64,000 nt of DNA from Candidatus Methylomirabilia bacterium (GTDB lineage: Bacteria; Methylomirabilota; Methylomirabilia; Rokubacteriales; CSP1-6): NCBI GenBank assembly GCA_041490825.1, contig JBGPTW010000004.1:31902-95901 (forward strand), read 5' to 3'. The notes beneath the pieces are model-generated. The model did not search any database and was not told the origin of the DNA. It saw nothing but the letters and a program-made list of their open reading frames with translations. Made by a program: the position numbers and the translations under genes. Of the stretch, positions 9,499 to 19,601 are shown one piece after another. Numbering within the stretch: the first letter of the stretch is position 1; each line of letters begins with the position of its first letter.

Positions 9499-10950
9499 TC
9501 ACGCCGGGAGAACCCGCATCAGTTCTTCGGACAACTCGGCGACAAAGGCCCTCGGCCCATATCCAAGGCTCAATGTCAGGGAGCCGTCAAACTGGCTCGC
9601 CGCCATCCCCACCATCCCCAGGGAGGCGACCCGAGCCATCCGCCGGGCTTTCGCTCCTCCGCTCATAAACGCGGCCGAGATGCCTGTCCCTCCGAAGCTG
9701 AGGCGATCGGGTTCAAGCTCACCGAGGTCTGTGAATATCACCCTACCCGTCACTTCGCGCTCGAGAATCCTTGGATTTCGGTAAAGAGCGCCCCGCGCCA
9801 CACGCTTTATGCACCAATAGAGGATGAGCCCCACCATGGGCCCGACGATCGGCAGCCCTTCAACAGCAAGGCTGCTGAGCGGTAGGCCAAAGTACTCCCC
9901 CCGCTGGGCCTGCATCTGATCTCGTACCTGCTTCACCACCCCGTCGAGCGATTCCCCCGATTGCGAATCAATAAATATGACGACGACCCCGTTGAGATTG
10001 CACAGTCCCGATGCGTGCTTCGAGGCCAGATGGCGGCGCAGGTCCACGGCAACGGTGATCGGCAAGGGCCGGTCTGAAGACTGGGGCCGCGCATGGCAGA
10101 TGGTAAGGTAGAGGGCCGCCACCAACACTTGACTCATTGTCGTCCGTTGCCGGAGCGCATATTCAAAGATGCCGCGCACCCGGACAGGGTCCAGCCTCAG
10201 GTGAACAAACTCTAGGACGGCATTCTGTGACCTCGGGAACTTCCAGGTCCCAATGGTTGGGACCAGTTTCCTCAAGACGCTCAGAGATTGCCGAGATACG
10301 CGCAGCCTTTCGCGCAAGCTGAATCGGTCGCGCAGTTGTTGCACTCCCCGGCGGCCGTCCACGTTCGGCGCCGGCGCATAGTCCGGATCGTCACTGAGTC
10401 GGTTATAGACGTCGGCCAACAGGTATACATAGTCCTTCGTGGCCCCACCGTCGCCGGCGCGATGGTCGAGCTTGACGCAAAGCAGATCGGTGTCGCCACG
10501 CAATAACAAGACCCGGAGAGGCAAGTCGGGCCGGAGTTTGACAAAATCCTCCACGTCTGCCGGGCAATTCGAGCTTTCTCGGAACTCACAGGATTCCGCG
10601 CGGTCGAGATCGTCGCGGCGGTGCCAAGAGGGGCGAAACCAGTGTTCAACCCAACGGCAGGCGAGAATTGGCTCCGCGTCCAACGTCAGCCTGACGGCTC
10701 TGACCAGGCGATCCGCATCGATGCGACCGGCGAAGGACACGAAACAATGTGTACCCGTGTAGTCAGGAGCCGCCGCGGAGATGACACGATCGAATAACTC
10801 CGACTCGAACCGCGTTGGCATTGCTGAGGCATGAGTGCGGCCCGAGGCCCGTTGTTCCCTGAATCCGGGCGGTATCGGAATGACCTTCTCCTCGGCGTTC
10901 GCCTTTGCGGTCATTTCAGGAACGACAATGTGCCCCTTCCCCGCCTGCAC
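9499..10950 (-). CDS. Condensation-domain-like acyltransferase (PapA / WS-DGAT / NRPS C-domain fold).
   Basis: 483 aa. Motif LDHRAGDGG matches HHxxxDG with the catalytic second His retained. It is first in a tight minus-strand operon with the ACP, fabH and sulfotransferase genes. Confidence 0.55.
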   Translation of the reverse strand: MQAGKGHIVVPEMTAKANAEEKVIPIPPGFREQRASGRTHASAMPTRFESELFDRVISAAAPDYTGTHCFVSFAGRIDADRLVRAVRLTLDAEPILACRWVEHWFRPSWHRRDDLDRAESCEFRESSNCPADVEDFVKLRPDLPLRVLLLRGDTDLLCVKLDHRAGDGGATKDYVYLLADVYNRLSDDPDYAPAPNVDGRRGVQQLRDRFSLRERLRVSRQSLSVLRKLVPTIGTWKFPRSQNAVLEFVHLRLDPVRVRGIFEYALRQRTTMSQVLVAALYLTICHARPQSSDRPLPITVAVDLRRHLASKHASGLCNLNGVVVIFIDSQSGESLDGVVKQVRDQMQAQRGEYFGLPLSSLAVEGLPIVGPMVGLILYWCIKRVARGALYRNPRILEREVTGRVIFTDLGELEPDRLSFGGTGISAAFMSGGAKARRMARVASLGMVGMAASQFDGSLTLSLGYGPRAFVAELSEELMRVLPA

Positions 10951-11144
10951 CGCGCTTGCTGACGCTCACCACGAATAGCTTCGATCCCGTGCTTGACACG
11001 CCCTTGGCTGGCTCGCCTTGACCACACGAGAGTGCCCCCTGGATACCCTTTCTGTCAAGGTTGCGTCTCGCGCCGCAACCGTTTCGGAAGTGGACGCTCG
11101 GAGGTCGCCGGAACGATGCGGAGATGGGCGTTTACCCGTGATCC

Positions 11145-11478
11145 GGCCGCTCGGCTATCTTCGCCAGGATCTCCGTCGCTTCTGGACCTACGCAGCATCG
11201 CGTGGGCGGGCGGGCATCTCCTGCAGTGGCTCGGGCGCGCCAGCCACAGCCGTCTGGAGCCGTTCAAGAAACTCGCCCGGCTGCTGCGCGCCCATCTCGA
11301 CGGCGTGCTGGTCTGGACGAAGCTCCGTGTCAGCAACGGCGCGCTCGAAGGCAGGAACAACAGGGTCAAGGTCATCAGCCATCGAGCGTACGGCTATCGG
11401 ACGACGTGGACGTACGTCGAACATCTACCACTGCTGCGCGGGCCTCCCACTCCCGTGACACTTTCGGGAGACGAGCCT
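11145..11478 (+). mobile_element. ISL3-family transposase 3'-terminal remnant (copy 1, two frameshifts) including the terminal inverted repeat.
   Basis: Reads LRQDLRRFWTY / LLQWLGRASHSRLEPFKKLARLLRAHLDGVLVWTKLRVSNGALEGRNNRVKVISHRAYGYRTTW / NIYHCCAGLPLP across three frames. The IS end GGCTCGTCTCCCGAAAGTGTCACGGGAG lies at 11451-11478. Copy 2 at 24902-25320 on the opposite strand is nearly identical. Confidence 0.8.
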
Positions 11479-11525
11479 GAAAAAGCAGATAGGGGAGTGA
11501 GCTTCGTCGCTCGCTTCGGCCCGCG

Positions 11526-12062
11526 TTACTTCCTGATGAAGACCATGCGAGCGTGCTCGGGGGCGTCCTGTCCGGGCACTCTCAACGTCGAATCGACTAC
11601 GAGCACGTTGCCGTCTTCGGAGAGATGCTTCACGTCTGTGCCTTCGACGGTTTCCGTCTTCCCGTTCCGCGTGTGCGTGCCCTTGTGCTCGGTGACGAGG
11701 GCCGCTCCTTCCCAATGGGACCGAGACACCACCTTGTCTCCTCGTGGCGTCAGGTTCGACACCTCGCGCCCGTCGGTATAATAGGTCGACGTGACCGTCC
11801 GATGGATCCCCATGATGTTGAACTGGCGCTCCATCTTCAGCGTCACCCCCTGATGGTCGATGACGAAAATCAGTGCAACCGAGACCGCTGAGGCGCGGGA
11901 GGGGAGGACGCTGCGACTCCTGTCCAGCTCCCACGTGCCGGAGAGGTTCGCGGGCGACTGGGCGTGCGCCGGAAGGCCGGCGAACAGAAGGACACCGAGC
12001 AAGGCAACCGTGGCATGGGTGAGGTTCATCCGGCACTCCTTCTCAGAGGGGCCTACGATCAA
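11526..12062 (-). CDS. Hypothetical secreted protein with an N-terminal signal peptide.
   Basis: 178 aa. Hydrophobic leader LLGVLLFAGLPAHAQS, no recognisable domain. Confidence 0.4.
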   Translation of the reverse strand: MIVGPSEKECRMNLTHATVALLGVLLFAGLPAHAQSPANLSGTWELDRSRSVLPSRASAVSVALIFVIDHQGVTLKMERQFNIMGIHRTVTSTYYTDGREVSNLTPRGDKVVSRSHWEGAALVTEHKGTHTRNGKTETVEGTDVKHLSEDGNVLVVDSTLRVPGQDAPEHARMVFIRK

Positions 12063-12145
12063 CTATAACAACGTGCGGGCGGCCCTGGGGTTTCCCCGGA
12101 GAGTTTCTTCGGCCGTGATGCCGCCAGACGGGCCAGCGAACGACT

Positions 12146-12910
12146 GTGCTTGTCGCTGACGACCACACGTTTGCCGCCAGGCTTGCCGAATCGGCCGGCC
12201 GGCTGCTGCTCGAGCTACGGCATGAGCCGCCGGCCGGCATCGACGTCGGCGCGGCGGGCGACCGAGCGTCACATCAGTTTCTCGTCGAGGCCATTCATCG
12301 TCGCCATCCGGTCGATGCGATCCTGTCCGAAGAGGCGGCGGACGACGTCAGCCGACTGACCGCCGACCGCGTATGGATCATCGACCCGCTCGATGGCACC
12401 CGAGAGTTCTCGGAAGACGGCCGCGAAGATTGGGCGGTTCACGTGGCATTGTGGCAACGAGGCGCGCTGGCCGCAGGGGCGGTCGCCCTGCCGGCTCGAG
12501 CCATGGTGTCCTCGACTGCCTCTTCCCTCCGCCCAGTCGTCGCGACCATCGATGAGCCGCTGCGGTTCCTCGTCAGCCGCACGCGCCCGCCAGGCATCGC
12601 TGCCCACGTTGCCCGCGCCATGGGCGCGCGACTGATCCCGATGGGCTCGGCCGGCGCCAAGACCATCGCCGTCGTCCTGGGCGAAGCCGACGCCTACATC
12701 CACGCGGGCGGGCAGTACGAGTGGGACTCTGCTGCGCCCGTAGCGGTGGCCGCCGCGGCCGGCCTGCACGCATCTCGACTCGACGGTAGCGCCCTCCGCT
12801 ACAATCAGCGAGACCCCAGTCTCCCCGATCTCCTCGTGTGTCGACCCGACTTGGCCGATGCGCTCCTGCGTGCCATCGCGTTGGCGACGGAGACGCCCGG
12901 TATCCCATGA
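12146..12910 (+). CDS. cysQ: Inositol-monophosphatase-family 3'(2'),5'-bisphosphate nucleotidase (CysQ-like PAP phosphatase).
   Basis: WIIDPLDGT and EWDSAAP motifs of the IMPase/CysQ superfamily. The start may lie a few codons upstream. Confidence 0.7.
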   Translation: MLVADDHTFAARLAESAGRLLLELRHEPPAGIDVGAAGDRASHQFLVEAIHRRHPVDAILSEEAADDVSRLTADRVWIIDPLDGTREFSEDGREDWAVHVALWQRGALAAGAVALPARAMVSSTASSLRPVVATIDEPLRFLVSRTRPPGIAAHVARAMGARLIPMGSAGAKTIAVVLGEADAYIHAGGQYEWDSAAPVAVAAAAGLHASRLDGSALRYNQRDPSLPDLLVCRPDLADALLRAIALATETPGIP

Positions 12911-13077
12911 CTTTGCGACCAGGCAACTTCTCGCCGATGGGCGGTGCTAACGACCGGCCACACAGCCTCCACCGCCTGAATTTCGACCGCCTCAATAAGG
13001 AAGAGCGGCCACCACCGCCTTCACCCTGGTCGCCCGGGACGTGGCTCGGCATCGACCGAAGGTGATCGCGGCTCGCC

Positions 13078-13332
13078 TCAGGCGTTGGCCTCTTTGTTCG
13101 CGATTGCCGTCTTCAGAAAGTCGACGGCATCCTGGACGGTCCTGATCTTCTGGGCTTCCTCTTCCGAGATATTCACGTCAAAGGTATTCTGGAGCGCCGT
13201 GATGATCTCCACGAGATCGATGGATGTGGCGTTGAGGTCGTCGATGAACATCGCTGTCGGGACGACGTCCTCGGGCTTCACGTCCAGGATCTCCAGCACG
13301 ATCTCTTTCACCTTCTCTTCCGCAGTCGCCAC
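13078..13332 (-). CDS. acpP: Acyl carrier protein.
   Basis: A GTG start at 13332 is preceded by the strong SD AAGGAGGA. DLNATSIDLVEIITAL is ACP helix II with the Ser attachment site. Confidence 0.7.
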   Translation of the reverse strand: MATAEEKVKEIVLEILDVKPEDVVPTAMFIDDLNATSIDLVEIITALQNTFDVNISEEEAQKIRTVQDAVDFLKTAIANKEANA

Positions 13333-13366
13333 GAAGTCCTCCTTGTTCGAGCAGCGTTGATGTCGT

Positions 13367-14593
13367 TCAGGGTTTGCTGAAGATGAGGCAGGCGTTGGTC
13401 CCGCCGAGTCCAGCATTGAAGGTCATCGCCGTTTCCAGTGGGACCTTCATGATCGATTGCACGTGGGGGACGCCCTCGCAGTCGGGCGCGATCCGCTCCA
13501 GATTGACCGTCGGCGCGACGAAGCCGTGGCGCAACATCAGCAGGGTGAAGATCGCCTCGTGGGCCCCGGTCGCGCCGAAGGAGTGCCCGGCCAGAGCCTT
13601 GGTGGAGCTGACGAGCGGAGAAGTGGTGCCGAACATCTCTCTGATGACCCGCACCTCGAGCGCGTCGTGAACCATGGTCCCGGTCCCGTGTGAATTGATG
13701 TAGTCGATGCGCTGCACCCCGTGCTCCTCGGCGGCCGCCATGGCTTGCCGCAGGGACTCCTTGAGCCCGTCACCGGAGGGGTGGAACATATCGAAGCCGT
13801 CGTTGCTGGAACCATAGCCGACGACCTCGGCATAGGGAGCGGCGCCCCGCTGTAGGGCGTGGTCCCGAGCTTCCAGCACGAGAATGCCCGCTCCCTCTGA
13901 GAGGACCGTCCCCTCCCGGTCTTGGTCGTAGGGGCGGCAGGCCCGTTCAGGATAGGCGTTCCACGACTTGGGCATTCCCCCCCAGTTGTCCAGGCAGCCC
14001 CAAACCTGACGCAAGGAGCTTTCTTCAGTCGCCCCGCAGAGAGACACATCCGCCATCCCGCGGCCGATGAGCTCATAGGCATGACCGATGGCGTCCGTGC
14101 CCGTACAGAACGAGGAGCATAGGCCGTAAGTTCTCCCCTGCACCCCGAGCCAGGCGGCAAGGTTGCCCGCTGCTGTCGAGTGCATGGCCTTGAGGAGCCC
14201 CGCCGCGCCGACACGGAGGGGGTTTTTGTGCTGTTGAAGCATGCGCTCGCCGTTGAAGATCTGGTTGATCCCGCCGAAGCTCGTCCCGACCACAACGGTA
14301 GCCCGGTCGGTCTTGAGCGCTTCCGGAGGAAGCTTGGCGTCGTCGATAGCCTCCGAGGCCGCGACGGCGGCAAATCTGGCCACGTTCGACATTGTCAGCA
14401 GCGTCCGCTTGCCGATCCAGGCCGTGTTCAATCCCTTGACGCGTCCACCCACGTGGCAGTGGAACCCCAGCTCTTTCATTTCAGGAATGAATTCGATTCC
14501 CGAGCGGCTCTCCCGGAGAGAGCTCAGCACCGCCTCCTTGTTGTTCCCGATGCAAGAGACGACGCCGAGCCCGGTAACGAGGACCCGCCTCAT
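13367..14593 (-). CDS. Beta-ketoacyl-ACP synthase I/II (FabF/FabB-like), copy 3.
   Basis: MRRVLVTGLGVVS start overlaps the upstream KAS stop (ATGA). Active-site Cys in SSFCTG, plus SHGTGT and GHSFGATG His motifs. Confidence 0.8.
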   Translation of the reverse strand: MRRVLVTGLGVVSCIGNNKEAVLSSLRESRSGIEFIPEMKELGFHCHVGGRVKGLNTAWIGKRTLLTMSNVARFAAVAASEAIDDAKLPPEALKTDRATVVVGTSFGGINQIFNGERMLQQHKNPLRVGAAGLLKAMHSTAAGNLAAWLGVQGRTYGLCSSFCTGTDAIGHAYELIGRGMADVSLCGATEESSLRQVWGCLDNWGGMPKSWNAYPERACRPYDQDREGTVLSEGAGILVLEARDHALQRGAAPYAEVVGYGSSNDGFDMFHPSGDGLKESLRQAMAAAEEHGVQRIDYINSHGTGTMVHDALEVRVIREMFGTTSPLVSSTKALAGHSFGATGAHEAIFTLLMLRHGFVAPTVNLERIAPDCEGVPHVQSIMKVPLETAMTFNAGLGGTNACLIFSKP

Positions 14594-15804
14594 GCGGCAT
14601 CCTTCCGCAGCACGAGGCACGTGTTGACGCCGCCGAAGCCGAACGCGTTGCTCGCGGCCACGTCGATCCTGGCCTCGATAGCTCGGTTTGCGACCAGGTT
14701 GATGCCTCCACACCGCGGATCGAGCTCGTCCAGGTTGATATTGGGGGCCACGAACTGGTTTCGCATCATGAGGAGGGTATAGATCACTTCGCTGCTGCCG
14801 CAGGTCGCCAGCTCGTGGCCCGTCATGGATTTGGTCGAGCTGACGTACGGCTGCTTCCCAAATACCTCGGCAATGGCCCGGGCCTCGGAAACGTCGCCGA
14901 CCGGCGTCGACGTCGCGTGAGCGTTGACGTAATCGATCTCGTCCGGTCTGACGCCCGCATCTTGAAGTGTCTGCCGCAGGCAGCGGACGCTTCCCTCCCC
15001 CGAAGGGATGGTCATGTCGTTTCCGTCGCTGGTGAAGGCGTAGCCGATCAGCTCGGCGTATATTTTGGCACCCCGGCGGCGCGCCTCCTCCAGCTCTTCG
15101 AGGATGAGGAGCCCGCTGCCCGCCGACGGGACGAGCCCGTCCCGGTGCTTGTCAAAGGGTCTGGACGCCTTCGTCGGGTCGTCTTCCCGAACGGAGAACG
15201 CCTTCAAGGCATCGAAATGGCAAAAGGCCTCCCACGTGTCCTCCTGGACCCCTCCCGCGATCGCCCGGTCCTGGAGTCCTCCCCGGATCAGCTGAAAGGC
15301 CTGTCCGATCGCTGCGGCGCCCGTCGCACAGGCGGCCGAGACGGTGAGGGTATAGCCGCGAGTCCCCAGAAGGACGGAGAGATTGGCGGAGGTCGTGTCT
15401 GCCATCACTCTTTGCAGCGCCGTTCCTCCAAGCTTGAGTCCCTCGTCCCGAAACATGTGGCACTGCCGGTACGTATCCTGAGCGTTCCCCGCGTTGCCGA
15501 TGATGACGGCCGTTCGGTCGCTCTGGATCCGCGCCGGCTCCCACGCAGCGTCCTCGATCGCCTGCCGGACCGCGTGCACGCCGAAGCATGTGCCGGGCCC
15601 CATCTGGCGCAGATTCCGCTTGGGAACGTCGGGAGGTTCCACGCCCGGGATCACCCCCGCGAGGCTGCTGCGGAAACCGAGGGCCTTCCTCTCCGGAATG
15701 AGCCCGATGCCCGAGCGGCCTGCCTGAAGGGCCGCGAGAACATCCCGCTGATTGTTTCCAAGACAGCTGATGATACCCATTCCGGTGATTACCACGCGGC
15801 GCAT
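14590..15804 (-). CDS. Beta-ketoacyl-ACP synthase II (FabF-like), copy 2.
   Basis: MRRVVITGMGIIS start. Motifs SAACATG, NAHATSTPVGD, GHELATCG. Confidence 0.8.
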   Translation of the reverse strand: MRRVVITGMGIISCLGNNQRDVLAALQAGRSGIGLIPERKALGFRSSLAGVIPGVEPPDVPKRNLRQMGPGTCFGVHAVRQAIEDAAWEPARIQSDRTAVIIGNAGNAQDTYRQCHMFRDEGLKLGGTALQRVMADTTSANLSVLLGTRGYTLTVSAACATGAAAIGQAFQLIRGGLQDRAIAGGVQEDTWEAFCHFDALKAFSVREDDPTKASRPFDKHRDGLVPSAGSGLLILEELEEARRRGAKIYAELIGYAFTSDGNDMTIPSGEGSVRCLRQTLQDAGVRPDEIDYVNAHATSTPVGDVSEARAIAEVFGKQPYVSSTKSMTGHELATCGSSEVIYTLLMMRNQFVAPNINLDELDPRCGGINLVANRAIEARIDVAASNAFGFGGVNTCLVLRKDAA

Positions 15805-15947
15805 CTATCACCTCAGTGTGCTGCGGGCGATCCGGCGTCACTAGGGTCAGGTCCTGCGCTCTCGACAGGCCGGGGATTATGCTGCAGCGTACTGCCCTTT
15901 GCACCTCGAAACGTCCTGTACCGACGGTCGGTGGCCATGGTTTGCCG

Positions 15948-16709
15948 TCACATGTACATACCGCCATCGACCCTGATCACCTGCCCGGTGATGTATGCGG
16001 ATCGATCGGACGCCAGGAACGCGACGGCCGCCGCGACCTCGCTGGGCTGCCCGACTCGCCCGAGCGGGATCATGGGCAGATACGACTCGTGGGAGATCGA
16101 AGCGGTGGCGTCCGTGACGATGAAGCCCGGCGAGACCACGGTCACCGTGATATTCCTCGAAGCGAGTCTCACGGCCAGAGACCTGGTGAACCCGATCAGG
16201 CCGAACTTGGTGGCCGAGTGGTCCACGAAGGTGTTACCGAGATCTCCGCCGACGCTCCCGATACTGATAATTCGTCCCCGGGGAAGCTCGCGCTCGATCA
16301 TGAACTTGACGACCGGTTTCGTGCAGTTGTACACGCCGGTCAGGTTTGTCGCGACGGCCTGATCCCAGTCCTCGTCGGCCACGCTCCCGGTCGGGTGAAG
16401 CGGCTCCGCGGAGTTCTGCGCGGGAAGTGCCCTCGCGACCGCCGCGTTGTTCACGAGAACGCTGACGGGCCCCGCCTCGGCCGTGAGCTCGTCGACCGCC
16501 TGGGCGACCTGGGCCCGCTGCGAGACGTCGAAGCGTTTGATCAGGCACGACCCGCCGCGCGCCTCGATGACGCCCCGGACCTCTTCGGCCGCCGCCTTGT
16601 TCTTCAGATAGTTGACGACCACGCGATAGCCATCGGCGGCCAGTCGAACAGCGATCGCCCTCCCGATCCCCCGGGAGGCGCCGGTGACCAGCGCGACAGG
16701 CGTGCTCAC
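15948..16709 (-). CDS. 3-oxoacyl-ACP reductase (FabG-like SDR), paralog 2, with His in place of the catalytic Tyr of YxxxK.
   Basis: [16 protein letters not shown] Rossmann motif. The GTG start at 16709 overlaps the dehydratase stop (GTGA). The active-site region reads DHSATK where NYAAAK is expected. Confidence 0.75.
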   Translation of the reverse strand: MSTPVALVTGASRGIGRAIAVRLAADGYRVVVNYLKNKAAAEEVRGVIEARGGSCLIKRFDVSQRAQVAQAVDELTAEAGPVSVLVNNAAVARALPAQNSAEPLHPTGSVADEDWDQAVATNLTGVYNCTKPVVKFMIERELPRGRIISIGSVGGDLGNTFVDHSATKFGLIGFTRSLAVRLASRNITVTVVSPGFIVTDATASISHESYLPMIPLGRVGQPSEVAAAVAFLASDRSAYITGQVIRVDGGMYM

Positions 16710-17194
16710 GGTGTCGTGCCCTGAGCCGGCAGGCCGGCCGTCGGACCGCCACGACGGCCCACGAGCCCCTTGAGCGTGAAGGTGGCCAGCAGCTCGTTGC
16801 GCTGGTTCTTGATTTCTCCCCTGACGACGATCAGCCCCCGCGTCTGATCGAGCTCCGTCAGTCTGATCACTTCGCCCTCCGTGTGAATCGTGTCCCCGAT
16901 CTTTGCAGGCGCCACGAATCGGACCTTTTCGACCCCGTAGAGGGCGATCGTCGACTTGGGCAGCAGCGTGAACTGTGCCCGTAGGAGGAGGGCGCTTCCG
17001 ACCGTCAGCACCAAGAGCCCGTGCGCGATCCGCTCGCCAAAGGGCGACTGTTTGGCGTACTCGGCGTCGGTATGGACCGCGAGCCAGTCGCCGGTGAAGG
17101 CCGCGAAGAGGACGATGTCCGTCTCGGTCAGGGTCCGACCCGGGCTCAGCGCCTTCTCGCCTACGCGGCAATCCTCGAAGAACTCTCTGTCCAT
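16706..17194 (-). CDS. MaoC-like (R)-specific enoyl-ACP/CoA hydratase or dehydratase (hot-dog fold), copy 2.
   Basis: [14 protein letters not shown]...RIAHGLLVL is a MaoC dehydratase signature. Its ATG lies 1 nt after the upstream KAS stop. Confidence 0.7.
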   Translation of the reverse strand: MDREFFEDCRVGEKALSPGRTLTETDIVLFAAFTGDWLAVHTDAEYAKQSPFGERIAHGLLVLTVGSALLLRAQFTLLPKSTIALYGVEKVRFVAPAKIGDTIHTEGEVIRLTELDQTRGLIVVRGEIKNQRNELLATFTLKGLVGRRGGPTAGLPAQGTTP

Positions 17195-17195
17195 G

Positions 17196-18425
17196 TCAGA
17201 GCTTCCTGAAAATGAGGCAGGCGTTAGCGCCACCCAAGCCGGCGTTAAACGACATGACCGTCCTCAGCGGCTGGACCAGCGGCGAGCGAACATGACGTAC
17301 ACCTTCGCAGTCCGGGGCCACGTGTTCCAGGTTCGCGGTTGGAATCACGAAACCGTGCTGCAGCATCAACAGGGTGAAGATCGCCTCGTGGGCGCCGGCC
17401 GCCCCCTGGGAATGGCCATTCAGCGGCTTGGTTGAGCTGACGAGGGGGGATGGGTCGCCGAAGACTTCTCGGATGACCTGGATCTCCACGGCATCGCCGC
17501 TTTTGGTGCCGGCCCCGTGCGGGTTGATGTAGTCGATTTCGACCGGCCCGTGCGTTTCTGCGGCGACACTCAGCGCCTGCCTGATCGCCCGGGTCAATCC
17601 GCCCACCTTCGGCTCGTACATGGAATCGCCGTTGTTGGCTGACCCGTACCCGATCATCTCGGCCACAATGGGCGCCCCGCGCCGCTCGGCCCCCTCGAGC
17701 GATTCGAGGAGGAGAATCCCGGCGCCGTCGGAGGCGACCATTCCTTGTCGGTCACGGTCATACGGGCGGCATGCCCGTTCCGGATGGGCGTCCACATTGG
17801 GCGGCATGACGCCGGAGGCCCCGTGAGTCGCCCAGGCGTTTCCCACACCGGGCGCCTCGGTCCCTCCACAGATGCACAAGTCGACGACCCCGTGGCGGAC
17901 CAGCTCGAACCCATGCCCGATACTGTCGGTCCCGGTGGTGCACGCCGTGGACACCGAGTAGCAGCGTCCCTTCACGCCGAGCCACGCGGCGAGGTTCAGC
18001 GTGGCGGTCGAATTCATCATGCGCACAATCGGTGCCGTCCCGATGCGCACCGGGCTCTTGTGGGCAAGAAGCGTGCGCTCGGCGGCCGCGGCCTCGTTGG
18101 GATCGCCTCCACCAGATCCCACGACGACGCCGGCTCTCGTGCTCCGCAACATCTCGAGCGGCAAACGCGCGTCCTGCAGGGCCTCGAGAGCTGCGACTGC
18201 CGCATACCTGGCGGTCGCGGACATCGTCTGAAGTTGCTTCTTGCCGATCCCGTTGGTGACCAGCCCCGCGACCAGGCCGGCCACGGGATGCTTGTAGCCC
18301 AGCTCCTGCATCTCGGGCACGACCCGCACCCCCGAGATCCCTTCCTGCAAACATCGCCACACCTCGGCCTTGTTGTTGCCCAGGCACGAAACGATCCCCA
18401 TCCCCGTCACGGCGACGCGTCTCAC
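17196..18425 (-). CDS. Beta-ketoacyl-ACP synthase I/II, copy 1.
   Basis: MRRVAVTGMGIVS start. Motifs VSTACTTG, NPHGAGT, GHSQGAAG. Confidence 0.8.
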   Translation of the reverse strand: MRRVAVTGMGIVSCLGNNKAEVWRCLQEGISGVRVVPEMQELGYKHPVAGLVAGLVTNGIGKKQLQTMSATARYAAVAALEALQDARLPLEMLRSTRAGVVVGSGGGDPNEAAAAERTLLAHKSPVRIGTAPIVRMMNSTATLNLAAWLGVKGRCYSVSTACTTGTDSIGHGFELVRHGVVDLCICGGTEAPGVGNAWATHGASGVMPPNVDAHPERACRPYDRDRQGMVASDGAGILLLESLEGAERRGAPIVAEMIGYGSANNGDSMYEPKVGGLTRAIRQALSVAAETHGPVEIDYINPHGAGTKSGDAVEIQVIREVFGDPSPLVSSTKPLNGHSQGAAGAHEAIFTLLMLQHGFVIPTANLEHVAPDCEGVRHVRSPLVQPLRTVMSFNAGLGGANACLIFRKL

Positions 18426-18435
18426 CTCGAGTTCC

Positions 18436-19170
18436 TCACATTAAGAGCCCGCCGTTGACGCGAATCACCTGCCCGGTGATGTAGGCTGCGTCGTCTGAGG
18501 CGAGAAAAGAAACCACTTGGGCGACCTCCTCAGGCCGGCCGACCCGCCCCATCGGGATTCTCTTCTCCAGCTCCGCCACAGGGAGGCTTCGGATCGCCTC
18601 GGTATCGATGAACCCCGGAGAGACCGCGTTGACGGTCAGCCCCGTGGAAGCCAGCTCGCGAGCGGCCGCCTTGGTAAAGCCGACAACGCCGGCCTTCGCC
18701 GCGGCATAGTTCGTCTGTCCGAGATTTCCCGTCTCTCCGACGAGGCTCGTGATGTTGATGATCCGCCGTCCCGGCCGTCGCCGACCCGCCATCGACATTA
18801 CTACCGCCTTCGTGCAGTAATACACACCGTTCAAGTCCGTGTCGATGACCGCGCGCCAAGCGTCGTGAGGCATCCGCATGAGAAGGTGATCGCGAATCGT
18901 GGCGGCGTTGTTGACGAGGACCTGGACGGGGCCCTCCGTGCGTGCGATGTTTTTCACCGCCGCCTCGACTTCCTCGGACTTCGAGACGTCGAAGCCGAGC
19001 AACACGGCTTGGCCGTTCTCGCCGACGATCAGGTTGCGCGTCTCTTCCGCCTCCTCCACACGCGTATGGTAATGGACCACGACCGCGAAGCCATCGCGCG
19101 CGAGCTGGAGCGCCACGGCTCTCCCGATCCCACGCGAGGCGCCGGTGACGATAGCGACCGGCTTATCCAT
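18436..19170 (-). CDS. fabG: 3-oxoacyl-ACP reductase FabG (canonical N-S-Y-K).
   Basis: [20 protein letters not shown] and NYAAAKAG motifs. Confidence 0.85.
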   Translation of the reverse strand: MDKPVAIVTGASRGIGRAVALQLARDGFAVVVHYHTRVEEAEETRNLIVGENGQAVLLGFDVSKSEEVEAAVKNIARTEGPVQVLVNNAATIRDHLLMRMPHDAWRAVIDTDLNGVYYCTKAVVMSMAGRRRPGRRIINITSLVGETGNLGQTNYAAAKAGVVGFTKAAARELASTGLTVNAVSPGFIDTEAIRSLPVAELEKRIPMGRVGRPEEVAQVVSFLASDDAAYITGQVIRVNGGLLM

Positions 19171-19585
19171 GGCTCACCTCGCCGTCAGCGAGACGGCGCC
19201 CGGCGAGGATCTTGCTCGTGTACGTCAAGATCTCCTCGTCCCGCTGGTTTTTCATGGAATGCGTCATCGCGATGAGACCGCGGCTCCGATCGACCTGGGT
19301 CGTCTGGGCCACCTCCGCTTCCACGTGGACCGTATCGCCGACCTTCGCACGAGACGCGAATCGCACCCGCTCGAGGCCCCAGAGGGCGATGGTGGATCGA
19401 GGGATCCCCCGATCGCCCGCAAGGAACATCAGGCCGCCGCTGATGACCAGGGGGCAGAGGTCGTGGGCGAGCGAGTGCCCGGCCAGCGCCTCGAACACCA
19501 CGAGGTCGGTTTCCGTGATCGTTCGTGCCGGGGTGAGCACACGGTCGCCGACGTGGAAATCCTCGAAGTAAGCCTGTTCGCTCAT
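19163..19585 (-). CDS. MaoC-like dehydratase (hot-dog fold), copy 1.
   Basis: 140 aa. YFEDFHVGDRV...TETDLV is MaoC-like. It overlaps the fabG start by 8 bp. Confidence 0.7.
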   Translation of the reverse strand: MSEQAYFEDFHVGDRVLTPARTITETDLVVFEALAGHSLAHDLCPLVISGGLMFLAGDRGIPRSTIALWGLERVRFASRAKVGDTVHVEAEVAQTTQVDRSRGLIAMTHSMKNQRDEEILTYTSKILAGRRLADGEVSHG

Positions 19586-19601
19586 TCGCGGGTGTTCGCG
19601 C

